Assembly: GCA_964016885.1 (NCBI GenBank)
Contig: OZ024741.1
Coordinates: 110,670,001-110,734,000, forward strand
DNA from: Eledone cirrhosa
Taxonomy: Eukaryota
DNA: 64,000 bases
Direction: 5' to 3'
The notes below the pieces were generated by a model. The model worked only from the letters and a program-made list of their open reading frames with translations, was not told where the DNA came from and did no database searches. A program made the translations under genes and the position numbers. Below are positions 26,813 to 42,774 of the stretch, piece after piece; the stretch's first letter is position 1, and each line of letters opens with the position of its first letter.

Positions 26813-28785
26813 ATGCACACAATGCCCATTGTTTTTCTCAGTTACCCTGTTACATCATATGTTACATGTATATATGTTTTATATGTATATGTATGTTGCA
26901 TATGTATATATATTGTGTATTATGTATTATATGTGCTATATATATGTATATGTGTTATATATATATATATATAAACCCAGCCCACACCATATGTGTGGTT
27001 TGTGCTTAGGAAGGGCACCCAGCAGCCGTAAAAACCCAGCCAAAGCATGGTCACACTATCAGCAAGTTATGGCGCTGCCACTGGTTAGATTTGTCTCATA
27101 ACAGAGCCACCCAGTTCCACACTGTAAACGTGGTTGGTGTTAGAAAGGGCATCCAGCTGTAAAAAAAGCAGTCAAAATACAGTTCCGTTTGAGCAAGGTA
27201 CAGCACAGCCAACTGACCAGACTTTATCATGACATCTCACCCATGCGTGGATAAATATATGTTAAACAGGGATGATATAAATATATATATATATATATAT
27301 AAAATATATTTTATCTAACGATTCTTTGGACTTACATTTTTATATATATATAATCAATTATATATATATATAATCAGTTCTCGTCCCACCCTTGCAAGCA
27401 GGTAAAAGCGGACGTAAAATGATGATGATGATGATATATGTGTGTGTTTATGTGAGTACTTTTTGTATACACTGCACCACTTCACTTATTAAAGCAAAAC
27501 TCTAGGTTGGCATTGCTGGTGCCACAATAAAGTGTATCCTGACCACCCTTCAAGGTGGTAGTACTGGTACTATAATAAAATACACCCAGTAAAGTGGTTG
27601 GCATTAGGAAAGGCATTCAGCTGTAGAAAACCAAGTCAAAATTGGAACATATGAGCAAGAAGCTAACACCTGACCAACCTAGCTTCAGAACATGACTACT
27701 TATATAACCCAATCAAGCATAAAAAGTAGACATTAAGAAGTGATGATGATGATATAATATACAACTTTGATATAGTATACAGTGTGACAGTGTAAGTATC
27801 AAGGCAATAAGGCCACTAAAATGCAAAAGACTACAGAGAAGTGAAAACAACAAGACAAAGAGAACATAATTCAAGAAGAGAGAAGATGGTGATTCATATT
27901 GCTTTAAAACTTTTGAAAATTGTAATGTTCCTGAAAGCAAGAAGCCAGAAGAGAATTCCATAGGTGAGATGTGCAAGAGAAGAAACTATCAGATTAGAAT
28001 TTATGATTACATTTAGGAACTTCTACTGTAAATGGGTGAGACATGGCCACCAATCTGGTGCTTTGTTTAAGCTCTTGAAGACAAAGCAACAAAGAAGAAA
28101 GTGCATAAAAATAGCTTCTATGAAAACATTAGTGTATTAGTTGACTATGTAGTGTGCAGCATGTCTGCTGTGCACATATAGGCATGAGTTAACCCTCTGC
28201 CTCTCTCTCTGTTGCTTTCCCCAGCATTCATAATTATTTCCATGCCCTTATTTAGCTAAGTATGTCTATATTCAGACATACACCAGTAAATTCTATCATA
28301 TGTTGGATGGGTGACAAGGAGGATGTATATATACCATTTATGTGTCTGTCTATGTATACACACACGAACACACACACACATATATATAAATGCAGACTCC
28401 TCATTTCTCCCCCCGCCCATCTTCCAGACACCCTGTAGGCTCCTCCTCATTAATTTATTACAAACAAATGAACCAGATGTTGTTGTTATAATTCAACATG
28501 TCAGTTGAAGTCCTAAATAGAGTGTGTGGGGGGGGGGGCTATTGGTGACATGGGGCAGGACGCGGCGCGAGACAGGGAACTCTGTATTTATTTAAGTCTA
28601 TTTGTCTATCTATCTGTGTTTGTCTGTCTATCTATCTTTCAATTTGTCTGTGCCTACCCCCCCCCCTCTTATCTCATATATAAATGAAACAGTTCTAGTC
28701 CAATATAAGTCATTTCTATATAAAACTATTTAACTATGGCCTCTTCCGTTGGAAAAATCATCCTTAATTGTATATATGTATCTAT

Positions 28786-29549
28786 TTCCCTCAAAATGAA
28801 ATGCAGACTGTATGATGTGTGTATACGAACAGCAATATTACATGGTAGTGAGACCTGGGCGCTGTCTGTGGAAGACTTGTGTAGATTAGAAAGAAACGAA
28901 GCCTGCATGCTCCGATGGATGTGTAATAGTAATATACGCGAACGGCAAAGCATAAATGAATTGAGAGAGAGACTGAGCATAAGAGGAATCAAATGCTGTG
29001 TGCAGGAGAGGCGGTTGCGTTGGTATGGACATGTGATGCGTATGAAGGATGACAGCTGCATAAAAAGGTGCAGAGCACTAGAAGTCATTGGAAACTGCGG
29101 AGTGGGAAGACCCAAGAAGACCTGGGATGAGGTGATAAAAGCCGACCTTACCCAATTACACCTCTCAAAGGCGATGACACACGACCGTGACCTCTGGCGT
29201 CACGTAGTAATACAGAGTACCCGACCTCCCATGGGTACAAGCTGAAGCATATAGACAATATGCCCCCACACCCTCCCACTGCAAAGTGGTCATGGAGGTG
29301 CCATGGCAAAAAAGCACCCACCCTACACTGTAAAGTGGACGTGTGGGCGCCACGGAAAAAAGCACCCAGCACTCACTGTAAATGAGGTTGGTGTTAGGAA
29401 GGGCATCCAGCTGTAGAAATCAAGCCAAAATCAGTTCCTGTATGAGCAAGGCATGGTCAGCCAACCAGACACTGCCGACAACAGGACAACCCGTATAACC
29501 CATGCTAGCATGGAAGAATGGACGTAAAACGGTGATGATGATGATGATG
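28786..29549 (+). mobile_element. RTE-A 3' fragment
   Basis: Colinear with 3788-4550; (GAT)n tail. Confidence 0.95.
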
Positions 29550-32285
29550 GGCAATGCCTCCACTCCATTCCACATAACTCATGATGGAGTTGTAGGAGTG
29601 AAGGTCATAACATTCAACATGTCTTGTCCACTTTTTATAACCTGGTGCAACCCATCCCCCTCCAAGTCTGAACACCAGAGAAAGAGATTGGAAGAGAGAG
29701 AAGGGAAGTTAAAATGAGATATATAGGAAGGGTCAAACTCAGTATTGGACTGATACATTATTTTTATCAACCTTGGAAGGATGAAAGCAAATTTGACATA
29801 CACGTATATAAAGGATGATTGCAAAGGTCCGATGTAGATGTTCATAATTTCTTTATTCATAAAACCTGTGATACATATTTCAGTGGCATTTGTGGTTACA
29901 TGATGCATCGATCATGCAACCAGTAACACATCATCATCAGAAAGTATATTATGCAATAAGTTTATATTACCAATGCAGTACAAACCAAAAGACAAAGAAA
30001 TGAACCAATATGATGTTTTCATTGATATATTCTTAGAAAATGTAGAAAATCTCAAATGCACAAAATAAACAACAGTCGATTACTATAAATAATAGCTTAG
30101 AATATATGGTAAACTATTCCTAAAGACAGAAAAAAGTGGTTAGCAGCTGCTACAGAGAATCAAACTCTATATCTCTCAAATTCTGGCTAAGTGCTCTGTA
30201 CCATTGAGCTAAATGTCCCCTGAAAACAACAATATATATGGCAAAGAATATTTGAAGCTCCATCTTATTTTACTGTCAGTCTAGTTCTTCAAGAATGAAC
30301 TGTTTTTCATTACTTGTTGGACTAGTGAAATGAGTGTAAATCAATTAAATAATTTGATACAATAATCATTTGTCTTGCGGTAGGAGCAGTATTTGTAAGG
30401 AGATGGCTACTGCTATGCCTTATCAACCTTAAAGAATCAAAAAGTCAGCTTTGGCAAGATTATAAAAAGGTATCAGTTTGTCTCAGTTGTTAGAACATTG
30501 GACAAATGTAGTATTTAATCAGCCCTTCTTCCATTTGAAATCAATAAACTACCAGTCAAGTCAAACATTGGGGTCGATAACCCCCCCCCCCCCAAATGCT
30601 GACCTTGTCCTAAATTTAGAAAACATTTAATGCATAAGGAAATTGATGATGGATCCTAGATAGCTGAATTTTTCTGATGTTCACTTCACAAACATGAGGT
30701 TATAGGTTTGGTGTCCTATCCACTAGGCAGATTTTTTTTTAAATCTCAGTAAGTTAACAAATGAAACTAGAATAAGTTCTGACCTGATGAACCTCTGGGT
30801 TTGAAACAGACTTTAACTTATTTTAAATGGTGATTGAGATTGTTTTTTAGTTTCAGGTTCAACTAATCTATGATGAAAGCTGCTTGAGCCATAACCATGC
30901 TGTCTTATATTTATTGCGGTTTAGCTCCAGGTCAGCTCTAATCCAGCAGTCTTATTTATGATTAGTGTTTCCAGCTATGACCATCACACATTTTCTTTTT
31001 TCAATTCAAACATAGTGTATCTAGGGCAACATTATCTAATAACGTGTCTGTCTGTCATTTTTAGGAAAGAGGGAGGTTACAGGTCAAGCAAATATTCCAA
31101 GTAAATGTGCTTATTGACCTGACCCCACTCCCTTCCCCTTTGTGGCACTCTTGCTATTGACTGACTTCTTGGTGGTGGTGATGTTGCTGTTGATGATGAT
31201 GGTGCTGTTGATGGTGTTGATGATGATGATGTTGGCGTTGCTGATGTTGATGCTGATGATGGTGGTGGTGGTGGTGATGGCGATAATGTTGATGATGATA
31301 ATGTTGATGTTGAAACTTATCAAAATATTATAAGTAGCTGTCAGTAATAAATAAAAGAGCTGAATTGTTGTTATAGTTGTTGTGGTTCTATGTAACTGTA
31401 ACTGTTCCACAACAACATCCATAATGTCAAAACTCCCCTTCCTCTCTCAATACCACCTCTCTCTATCTCTCCTCACTCCTCTTTCACATTCTTTACCACC
31501 ACCACCACTGCTCTATTTTTATCTTTCAGATTTACAGTTCTGATAGATATGCTCCCATTCTTTTCCACTTCCCCACCCATCTCAACTCTAATACACGCCC
31601 CTCCCCCCTTCCCCCACCCTCTATGACCACCCCTACAAAATCTAACCAAGATAGATTTTATCATTCACCATTTACTGTTGTTGTTGTTTCAGAATTCTGA
31701 CAAATCTTGTTCTCTACTCCTCTTCCCCTTTTCTAAACTTCAATTGTGAGACTCTTGATGGTGGTGGTGGTGATGTTGGTGTGGTGCTGGTGGTGGTGGT
31801 GATGTTGTTGTTGTTGGTGGTGGTGGTGATGATGGTGGGGCGGAAATTATGATATTGGTGGTGGCAATTATGGTGATGGTATTGATGCTTGTAATGATGG
31901 TGGTGGTGGTGGTAATTTATGATGTGGATGGTGGCAATTATAGTGATGATGGTGATGAATCTACTGTCATTTGTATCTCTTTCAGTAGCAACAACCATGA
32001 CTGACAGTCACACACATGTAGACACACCCACACATACATACATACATACATACATACATACATACATACATACATACATACTGACACACACATATACATG
32101 CGCTGGAATATATCACTTAGTGTGTTTTTACTACAGAAGTCTTGTAGTTAGTTTTTTTATGTCAATGTGTTAGTATGTGTATATATATTATATACACATA
32201 CTAACACATTGCACACACACACACACATAAATATGCGCATACACACATATAGACATGCGTGAGTGAGTGAATGTGTGTGTGTATG

Positions 32286-32324
<39 letters not shown>

Positions 32325-32865
32325 TGTATAGCTTCTGTTTTCTAGGCTACTCTCTCCCTCTCTCACACACCTACTCTTTCTTTCTCTCTCAACAGCTGTC
32401 CCCTTTCTACTCTCATCCTTGTCTTCTGTTTTCATAGTTTTTGGATTTTATTTCTTTTACTATACTATCTGTCTATCTCTATATCTTTCCCCCACCTCTC
32501 TCCCCCTCTCTTAGTGAGAGAGGGAGGGAGAGATAACCTCCCTGTCTATCCATCTATCTAATTATTCTTTTGTCTTCTCTGTAATTAACTATATATCTTT
32601 ACCTAAAACATCTACTGCCTCTACACATACATACATGCACACGTACATACCTGCACATACTTACATACACACATACATGTGGTGTCGGTAAACAACCAAC
32701 ACATACTCAAAATTATATATAATAGTCATCTCTGTCACCTTTTCCAACTCCAGTAGAACTTTATCCACTTTATTCAACTATTATTTATAGCTATTAAATA
32801 TTATTATAGTTGTCTGCATTGTGGCAACTGTATTTTTAAATTGCCAAATGCTTTATATGTTAAAC

Positions 32866-32948
<83 letters not shown>

Positions 32949-34319
32949 ATGTATGTGTGTGACCCTGTGTATGTGTGTACACACACACACCAATATAACC
33001 ACCTATTTCTCCATCAGGATCCATATTTGGGTCTTAATCCTCCACCTTTGACATAACAGTCAATACCAAACTGACATTGCTACCACGTATAACATTGCCT
33101 ATACTATTACTACTACATCAACCACTACAACTCTTGCCATCACCAGCATCAGCTACCACTATCCCCATTACACACCTAATCATCACTGTGTCCCTAGGGG
33201 AGTAAGTGGTGGTGGTGTGTATCTGTGAAGGGGGATGGGCAAGGAGTAATGGAATTTGGTATGTGTTGGAATGAAAACTAAGGAGCATATCTACCTGTTC
33301 TCCCCCCCCCCCTTCTCTCTCTCTCTCTCTCATCACTAACCAGAGACAGAAAGAGACAAATAAATAAATAGATGTTAGACATAGATAGATAGATAGATAG
33401 GTGATAGATACATAGAGAGACACAGATATATAGAACATGGATAGATAGATATACATGGATAGGTGATGGATAGATAGATAGATACTCACTCAAAGAGAGA
33501 GAGGGGCAAACAGACAGTGAGGGAGAGAGAGGTTCTACATATGTGTGTCTGTCAATGTGTGTGTGTCAGTGTGTTGGGAGCATCAGTGTGCGTGTATGTC
33601 AATGTGTGTACATGTCAGTGTGTTGAGAGCATCAGTGTGTGGTGTTTAGTCTGTAGTGGGTAAACCATATTTACAGTTGCTGCTGTAAGGAGGGAGAGTG
33701 AGGAACTGTCTCTATATCTCTCTTGGCTTAACCAAACTCTCAACTCAACTAAATTTAAGGTTTGTTCACTTATTCTGGACTTTTCCTTCAATTGTCACCA
33801 CTTTAAATAATTTCATTTCATATCATGATTTTATTTTATTTTAACACATACATGTGCATATATACAAACGCATACATGCATACTTAAAAGCACATACATG
33901 CATACACACAAACACAAGTACATACACACACATACATACATACAAGCACTTACATGCACACATGTATGCAATGTATGTATGTGTGTATGTATGAACTTGT
34001 ATGCATGTGTGTATTTGTGTTTGTGTATTTATATTTACTGTGTATATATTTACTGTATATATGTATATTTTATTATTTTTTTTACTGGCTAGTTAGAGAG
34101 TGAAGGGCAGTGATGTAACCCTATATAGGGTCTTGGTGTCTGGGAGAAGGATGTACTCCCAAGCGCCCCTCCCCAGGCATGGCCTGAATGCATTCGGCAG
34201 AGTTGATGTTACTAAAGTTACCTAGGGGCCAGACTGGGGTGTTAAATTGCACAACAAATTAAATCTACCACCCATGTGTTTGTGTGTGTGGGCATATGTA
34301 TATGTGTGTGTATGTGTGA

Positions 34320-34570
34320 AGGTGCTTGGCTTACTGGTTAATGTGTTCGGCTCATGATCATAAGGTTGTGAGATCAATTTCTGGACCAGGTGATATGTTG
34401 CTCTTGGGTAAGACACTTTATTTCACGTTGCTCCAGTCCACTCTGCTGGCAAAAGTGAATTGTTCTTGTATTTCAGGAGGTCCAGCCTTGCCACATTATG
34501 TCACACTGGATCTCCCTGAGAATTACATTAGGGGTGCATGTGTCTGGAATGCTCAGCCACTTACACTATG
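34320..34570 (+). mobile_element. Older tRNA/CORE-type SINE (related relics at about 18868-19170, 35330-35620, 40337-40450, 54765-55045)
   Basis: Degenerate A/B boxes, AAGACACTTTATTTCACGTTGCTCCAG, and a shared body with CCAGCCTTG...GGAATGCTCAGCCACTTACA. Confidence 0.65.
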
Positions 34571-37540
34571 ATACAAGATGAACTGAATGTGTAATTCATA
34601 TGTCCAACTTGTCACGCACTTTGTCATGCTGGATCTCTAAGTACATATCTCTGGATTGCTCAGTCACATGAGTGGGCTGTTCCATTGATCAAACAACTGG
34701 AACACTCATCATGATGAAGGTTTAACATTACAATGACATATGTGTGTTTGTATGTTTTACTTCTTTGACCCCAGGGAATCCTTGAACCATCTTTGGCATG
34801 AAAACTTCACTGTTCTGTCTTCCACCCAGGGTATACATCTGTCTCTCATTTTATTTGAGCAGAAGTTTCTTGTCAAACAGCTCAACTGCAGTTAATGGCA
34901 AACAGTTCTTTTATCAAGGTGTTCTATCGACACTGGCATACAGCAAGGTTTCGTTTTGTATGTCACACTTTTTTTACTGTACTCTGTCACTACTAGCAAC
35001 ACACATACATATACACATTACTATGCAGATAATGACACAAGTCCAGCAGTTTGTAGGGAAGTTAAAGTTGATTAAATCTACACCACTATATGACTGGTAC
35101 TTTATTTTATCGACCCCCAGAAGGATGAAAGGTAAAGTTGACCTCAGTAGGATTTGAACTCGGAACATAAAGAGCCATAAATTTATGTCTCAAAGCATTT
35201 TGTCCGATCCTCTCCTGAATTTGCCAATCCATGCAGATAATGCCACCTTCCATTCCTCCTTAAACTTCTAGTGTCATCAATGTGCAACTTAGATAGCTCA
35301 CATGCTGTATCCTCAGCAACATGGTTGGATGGTTTAGATGTTCTCTTCACAATCATTAGGTCCTACGTTCGATCCGGCTGCTGTAGCCTCAGGTCAACCC
35401 ATGCTTTCTGAGTGAAATTGTGTAAATGGAAACTGGTTGAAAGTATGTCAGATGGACTGTACCTGTAATTCAAAGGGCCAGCCTTGTCAGACACTATATC
35501 ATACTAAATCTCCCTGAAGACTATGATGAGGTTACACGTTTGTGGAATGAATTCTATGCCTCTTGTTTGTTAATTTCATAAGCAGTCTGTTCCAATGTTG
35601 GAACAACTGGAATACTCATTGTTGGATCTAAAAGAAGTCCAACAACAAATTACCTTACACCAAATAAGCTTTGACCCCTTTCCCCCTGAATATATCTTAG
35701 AGACAATCCCCAACAGTGACATAACCTCATCTTCAATAACACAAATACACAATCTCACTGCACATATGAAAGAAATATAGTTTTGTACTACACCTGTCAA
35801 AACACAAGGACAACATATAGATCAAGCTCTCTTCAAAACTTAAGTATGATTAATATCAAAAATGCTATTCTCATATTTGGTACAGTGTCATTACTAATAC
35901 AGCCATCATTTGCAATCAAGTATGGCTTACTAGTATGTACCATGCTTTTACTGTAGCCTCAGTTCAACCTATGGTTTCTGAGTGAAATTGAGTAAATGGA
36001 AACTGTTTGAAAGCACATAAGATGAACTGTAGCTAAGTCAAAGGGCCAGCCTAGTCAGTCACTGGATCATACTGAATGCTCTGTGCTCATACTGTCGCGA
36101 GCAGACACAAATACCTTCTCAATCCTCTTTCTTTTGGTTTAGCAAAACATCTAGGTTGTGACAGCTGAAAGTAGAGAGAGCTGCACCAAAACTAAGATGG
36201 TACATTCTTTATCGACCCTGAAAAGATAGAAGGCAAAGTGAATTTCAGTGGGTTTTGAGCTCAGAACACAAAGATGCAGAATAAATAGTTGCTCTAACAA
36301 CTTTGCCAATTTGACTGCCATCACTACTGTTTCTACACACATAAACTTCCAAGAGCCATATCCCAAACAAGGCCATTCAACTACTTGGTAAAGATTCATT
36401 CATTTAAACTCACATACAACCATAGGTATATATATGTTGTGTACTCTCTCTACAATAGTATCCTCTCACATACAACTATAGGTATATATATGATGTGTAC
36501 TCTCTTTGTTATATGTACTTTCTCTCATACAATGTCCTCTGCCACAGCTATATGTGTTGTGTACTCTTTCTGTTGCATGTTCTCCTACTACAGTGTTCTC
36601 TGTTCATTTGAATAAGCCATCTCCATTCATCGTTGCCTTTCCTTGTTATCCCTACAGTACTCTCCTAGATCCTAAAGTAACAGCTAAACCCAGTCCTTCT
36701 ACCACAGAGCTTTAACTCTCTTCAGTTCCTTCTGCACCCATATTCTTTCCTGCGGACATTTACTGGAAGGTTATTTACCCAGTCTGTGAGAGCCTGCCCT
36801 TCTTTCTTTGACAAATTAATTTAACCCTTTTGATACCAAGCAAATTCCTTAGTCATCTTGGTGAAAACCTTTCAAGTGACCAATGGCTTCATCCTTGTGA
36901 TGAAGCTGGATGAGATGCAGCTCGGTAGCCAGCTTCTGAGTAATGGTCAGATGAAGATTTGGGACACACCAATGTCACTTTTTTTCCCAATGAAAATCGT
37001 GGCCATAAAACATCATATAAATGAGTATTGTTGCAATTGTCCATGGTCCCCAACACTCAGCAATGAGGCTGGGAAGAGACCAAACCAGATAAAAAAAATA
37101 CCAAACCTGGTTCTATGATACAAAGCTGTTTGTTTCTAATTTTTATCTTATAACCTTTATGTTCCAAATACCATCTTAATAATGAGCAAGTTAGTTATAT
37201 TAATAAATTCAAATTCTGAATTATTTTCAAAATGATTTGAAAATCAGAAACAGTGTTCTTCATTAGAAATATTGGAAGAAAGGGATTTTTTAAACAATAG
37301 TTTTGTGATTATCTGACACCTCATCCTGGGGTTCTGTGACACCTCATTCAGAGGTTGATTTATCTGTCATCCATCATGATGATAAAGTTTAGGGTTAACC
37401 ATTAAAGTCATGGTACAGTGTCTTCAATTTACTGCTGTACCAAACACCTTTTTTATCATTTGAAGCTGCCAAAACTTTTTCCCTTGTAACAAAACTTGCA
37501 AAATACATTTACACGCATTCCCTCTTACTCTCTCAAACTA

Positions 37541-37590
<50 letters not shown>

Positions 37591-38232
37591 AGTGTGTGTG
37601 TATGTATATATATATATACATATATTGCCCTTTCTATCTATTTATATCCCTCTCTCTCCTTTTCACTTTCTGTTCAATATGACTGAAATTTAGACGCGAA
37701 GGAAAAAAAAAAACAGTTGTAGGGTATAGACTAAAAAAAGAGAAACGGAATATGGAGTGTAAAACCGGGTTAGATGGTGTCTAAAATTGGGTGTATGAAT
37801 GTTTGAAGGTTGGGGAAATGGGGTCCTGAAAACCTCTTAACAAAATACAGTAAGCTTCAGAAACCTCATTTAGACAAAATGTGAAAATCATATTAAAAAA
37901 AGTCTTTCAACAAAAATTTGGAGTTCTCATAGACCTTGTGTGTATTGATAAGTAAAGATATACACATGTAGTGTGTATATTATACATATACAGATGCATA
38001 CTAAAAACCCTGCGTATGTACATGTGTTTGTGTGTCAGTGTCATAATCATCATTACCATTTTCCATGCTTGCATGGGTTGGATGGGTCTTTTCCAACTCA
38101 GCATCCCTCCACATGTCATGGTGTGTTCGTGTATGTGTGTATGTGTGTGTGTGTGTGTATGTATGAGTATGCGTGTATGTATATATGTATGTGTATGTGA
38201 TTATATGCATGTGTATGTATGTGTGTAAATAT

Positions 38233-38771
38233 ATCATCACCATCATCATCACCGTTTTACGTCCGTTCTTCCACGCTAGCATGGATTAGACGGGTTGTCC
38301 TGTTGTGGGCAATGTCCGGTCGGCTGACCTTGTCTTGCTCATACGGGAACTGATTCAGGCTTGATTTCTACAGCTGGATGCCCTTCCTAACACCAACCTC
38401 ATTTACAGTGAGTGCTGGGTGCTTTTTTTCCGTGGCGCCTACACGTCCACTTTACAGTGTGGGCTGGGTGCTTTTTTGCCGTGGCACTTCCACGACCATT
38501 TTGCAGTGGGAGGGTGTGGGGGCATATTGTCTATATGCTTCAGCTTTGGCTTGTACCCGTGGGGGGGGGGGGGTATTCTGTATTATTGCATGATGCCAGA
38601 GGTCACGGTCGTGTGTCATTGCCTTTGAAAGGTGTAATTGGGTAAGGTCGGCTTTTATCACCTCATCCCAGGTCTTCTTGGGTCTCCCCACTCCGCGGTT
38701 TCCATCAACTTCTAGTACTCTGCACCTTTTTATGTCGCTGTCATCCTTCATACACATCACATGTCCATACC
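38233..38771 (-). mobile_element. RTE-A 3' fragment
   Basis: The minus strand reads YGHVMCMKDDSDIKRCR...RPKKTWDEVIKADL, followed by the 3'UTR and tail. Confidence 0.93.
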
Positions 38772-40632
38772 CCCCACACTCACACACATACATACATTGG
38801 AATGGGTGTTTAAAATACCATTGTACATAAAACATTAACTGAATGAGCACTCAAAACATGTTGAGTGTAAAATTCATTCTCTGAAGACAAAGTTAATTAT
38901 ATTTACTAAATCTTGCCAAATCTTTGATTATTTCCAAACTGATTTTAAAATCGAGTGCATTTTAACCCCTCTAATAGTAAACTGTCTGAAACTAGCCCCT
39001 GTTCTATGATTTAAAAAACTATATATTTTATAGTGTTTATTATTTTACCATCGCAATTTTATGTAAGGACCTTTGTTAAGCCATGTTGCAAAAGCCAGTT
39101 TAATAATGAGAAACTTTCTCTCATTTTGAAAGTCATAATAAAATCTCAAAAATAAATTTTGAATTTTGTGTGAGGAAGTTATATTAGGAGGTGGCAAATT
39201 TGCTGTCATGAGAACAGTGGATAGAATGCTTCACAGTCTTCATTCTGGCTCTCTGCAATCTGAGTTCAAAGCCAGCCAAGATCAACATTATCTTTTAACC
39301 TTTCGAGGTTAATAAAAAAAAAAAGTACCAGACCTGTACTAGGGTTGATTCATCCTCTGGATCTCATTCTCACTTCCTCTTTTTCTCTTGTTCTTTCTTC
39401 TTTATTGTAAGAATTCAGCTGTGTTTAAATCTTGAGAGGGAAGGCCTCTGCGAAGTTCAAAAGGTCCAAAACACATACAGCACTCCTACAATTCCATCGG
39501 GAGTTAAGAGTACACACATACATATATACACACACACACACATGCACACACATACATTGACACACATATATATACACACACACATGTGTACATACACAGA
39601 TGCGTACATACATACGTACGTACATATATATATATATATATACATCTTATAATACTAAATCCCTCCAAATTCTTAATTATTTTCCAAAGTTATTTTTCAT
39701 TAAGAATATAGTAAAGACAGGGTTAAAGATTGCTTATGCATTAGTTTGTCATCATGCATCATGCTGTAGATTTGATTCAACTAGGTTTAAACACACAAAT
39801 CAATTTTTCTCACAGGCTTCTAGCACATTTTAAAACATTAAGCCATTAGGCTGTTAATATAAAAATAAGCATATGTCCTGGTAAATGGGAGTGTTGGATC
39901 ACAACATGAAAGAAAGGTGTGGCAGTTAAAATCTCAGCTTGTTGTTTAATCCCAAGTAAGCCCTCAGCAAGAAGATTTATGATCAAACACATTACAGCTG
40001 TGTATCTCTAATGTTTATGTATATCTAAGACTACTTTACCCAATATGTCTTTCATTCTGGAAGATGCTACAGTGCAATTTGAGTGAATTTGGCTGCTGTT
40101 GCTAGCAAATTTTATGCACCTCATTGGCTTTGTTGAATATATGTAAATATAGATGGTACCTGGTGATGGCAGAAGACTGAACACTTTTAAAAATTCATAT
40201 TGTAGAAAACATAAATAAAATTGCAAATTCTGGCTGAGTGCTCTAGTCATTTAGTGCTTAACCATAGGGCAGAATACTCTTATAATATATACACTCTATT
40301 TTTTGTAAGTATAGAGTACAAAGTTCAATAATGGTGAAGGCACTTGACTTAGTGGTTAGAAAATTGAATTCGTAATCATGAGGTTGTGAGTTGATTGCTA
40401 TATTGAGCAATGTGTTATGTCCTTGAGCAAGACATTTTATTTTACATTGTTGCTCTTTCTGCCAGGAGTTGCAACTGGTAGATAATATCAGCAATGGAAA
40501 GACCAATGGAAACATTGTTTCCTTGGTCTGATTTCGAGAGTTCCACCTCATTCGGAAAGCAAGTGAAATCTGGGATCTTGTTAATCGAAGAATAATGGTT
40601 TTACTAGTCTAACCAGTAGCATTCCACTTATT

Positions 40633-40673
<41 letters not shown>

Positions 40674-41684
40674 GTATATATACACATACATATGTATATA
40701 TACACACATATATGTATATATACACACATATATGTATATATACACACATATATGTATATATACACACATGTGTATATATACACACATATATGTATATATA
40801 CACACACACATATATATATATACACACACACTCTCACACACTGCCTCATTTTCCAGAAACCTGTACATAACAGGCCATTTTTGTTTAATGAAATGCTTAA
40901 AATGAAGTCATCCTGCTATATAAAAAGTTATTTCAGTCTTAAATTTCTTCTTGTTATGGCATTTCAGTAGGATATGTGTTGGAATTAGGGCCAAAATATA
41001 TGATCAGAGACGATGCTCTTTGATTAATCTTCTGTTCACTGTTCTCATTTCTGTCAGATAGCTTTAGATAATAAAGCTGCTACATCTAGCTTATATTTCC
41101 TCCATCTTTCTTTCTCTCCCTCTTTCTACCCCTCTCTCTTTCTCTTCATATCTCTCTTTATCTCACTTTCTCTACCTCTGCCCACTTCTCCACTGCTCTT
41201 TCTCCACCTCTCTCCTCTTTCTCTCTCCTCCCTCTCTCTCTACCCATATCTCTCCCCCTGCATCTGTTTCATCCTTTCTCTCTCTCTACCTTTCTCTCTT
41301 TCCTTCTCTCTCTCTTCCTCTCCTACACTGTTCTCTCAAATGTCTATCTATCTATTCCATAGACATTCTCTACTAATTCTTACTTAATTACCTAACAATA
41401 TCTGCTCTGTGTGATCCTTCACATCAACATCGTTGTGGCAACTTGCTTTGTAGAGAGTTTCGTTTTCATTACTTACCTCACGTACACCACTTGCCTTATT
41501 TTCATATACACTTTCGCCACCATCAAAACTCCACCACCATCGTCAATACACCACCACCACCATCAATACACCGCCACCACCATCTCCATCAACATCACCT
41601 CACCACCGACTAACACCATCACTACCAACCACCATCAATACCACCACCACCATCACCAATCACCACTATCATCAACACCACCAG

Positions 41685-41715
<31 letters not shown>

Positions 41716-42420
41716 ATAATCAATACTATAATAACTGTGCGTATGTATGTGTAATTTATTAGGTGCTGAAACTTAACAAATCTTTACTTTGGTCTTCAAA
41801 CATTTATAGATATTAGCAATGAAGAGTTGTAGTAACAAGTTAGTGAGATAGAGGGGATTGGTGCTAATCTGGATATAGAAATAGATCAATGAATCAGGGA
41901 AGGGAGAAAGAGAGAGAGTGTATGTGTAGTGTGACAATATAGATATTTTACTACTTTCTCTAATATCAGGTCTATTATTGTACTCCTTATGGCAGCCAAT
42001 TCGCAAACATTGGGTAGAATACTTTGTGATATCTTCCAGCTCCTTGCTCTCTCTCTCTCAGTTCAAATGCTATCACTATACTACCACCACAACCGCCAAC
42101 ATCAACACACCACCACCACCATCAACACACCACCACTATCACCATCTACACACCAGCAGTACCACTACCAACATCACCTCTACCAACTCCACCACCACCA
42201 CCGCCAACATTACCATGACCATCACCATCTTCAGTACCAGCAACACCACCACCTCCTCCCTTGTTATCAGGTCTCTGACAAGACTCAGTGGTATGTCAGT
42301 TATTTGTCTGTCTCAAGAAAGCAATGTTTTCTGCAGATAAGCAATTGACTCTTTATCTCCTTCCATAGACATTAACTGATTCCATTTTGTCATCTGTGTG
42401 TTTGTATAATATATATGTGT

Positions 42421-42459
<39 letters not shown>

Positions 42460-42705
42460 CTCGTATATGTTATTGGAAGGCTAAGAGAATGTGAAACAGA
42501 TCGTAGATTTTGAAAACATTTGAAGGCAATGAAGATGTTAGTGTGTACCTTATATTTTATCTATTTGTCCAAATATTTCAGGACTAAAATCCTTTCATCA
42601 GAAGATTACAGTTAGAAACTGGTTCAGAGCTTTGTGCTTTTGTTGTTATAGACACGCCATCTTAGTAATGCTTCAAGCTAACTACAACACCTTCTCTTAT
42701 ATATA

Positions 42706-42774
<69 letters not shown>

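Noticed and set aside
30775-30820. CTGATGA...GAAA at 30784 (and CTGATGA at 14206 and 43016)
   Set aside because: Stems I and III do not pair properly, or GAAA is absent.
42271-42290. Possible 20-nt microexon (CAG|...|GTATGT)
   Set aside because: Splice-like signals alone are insufficient, and the length is not a multiple of three.
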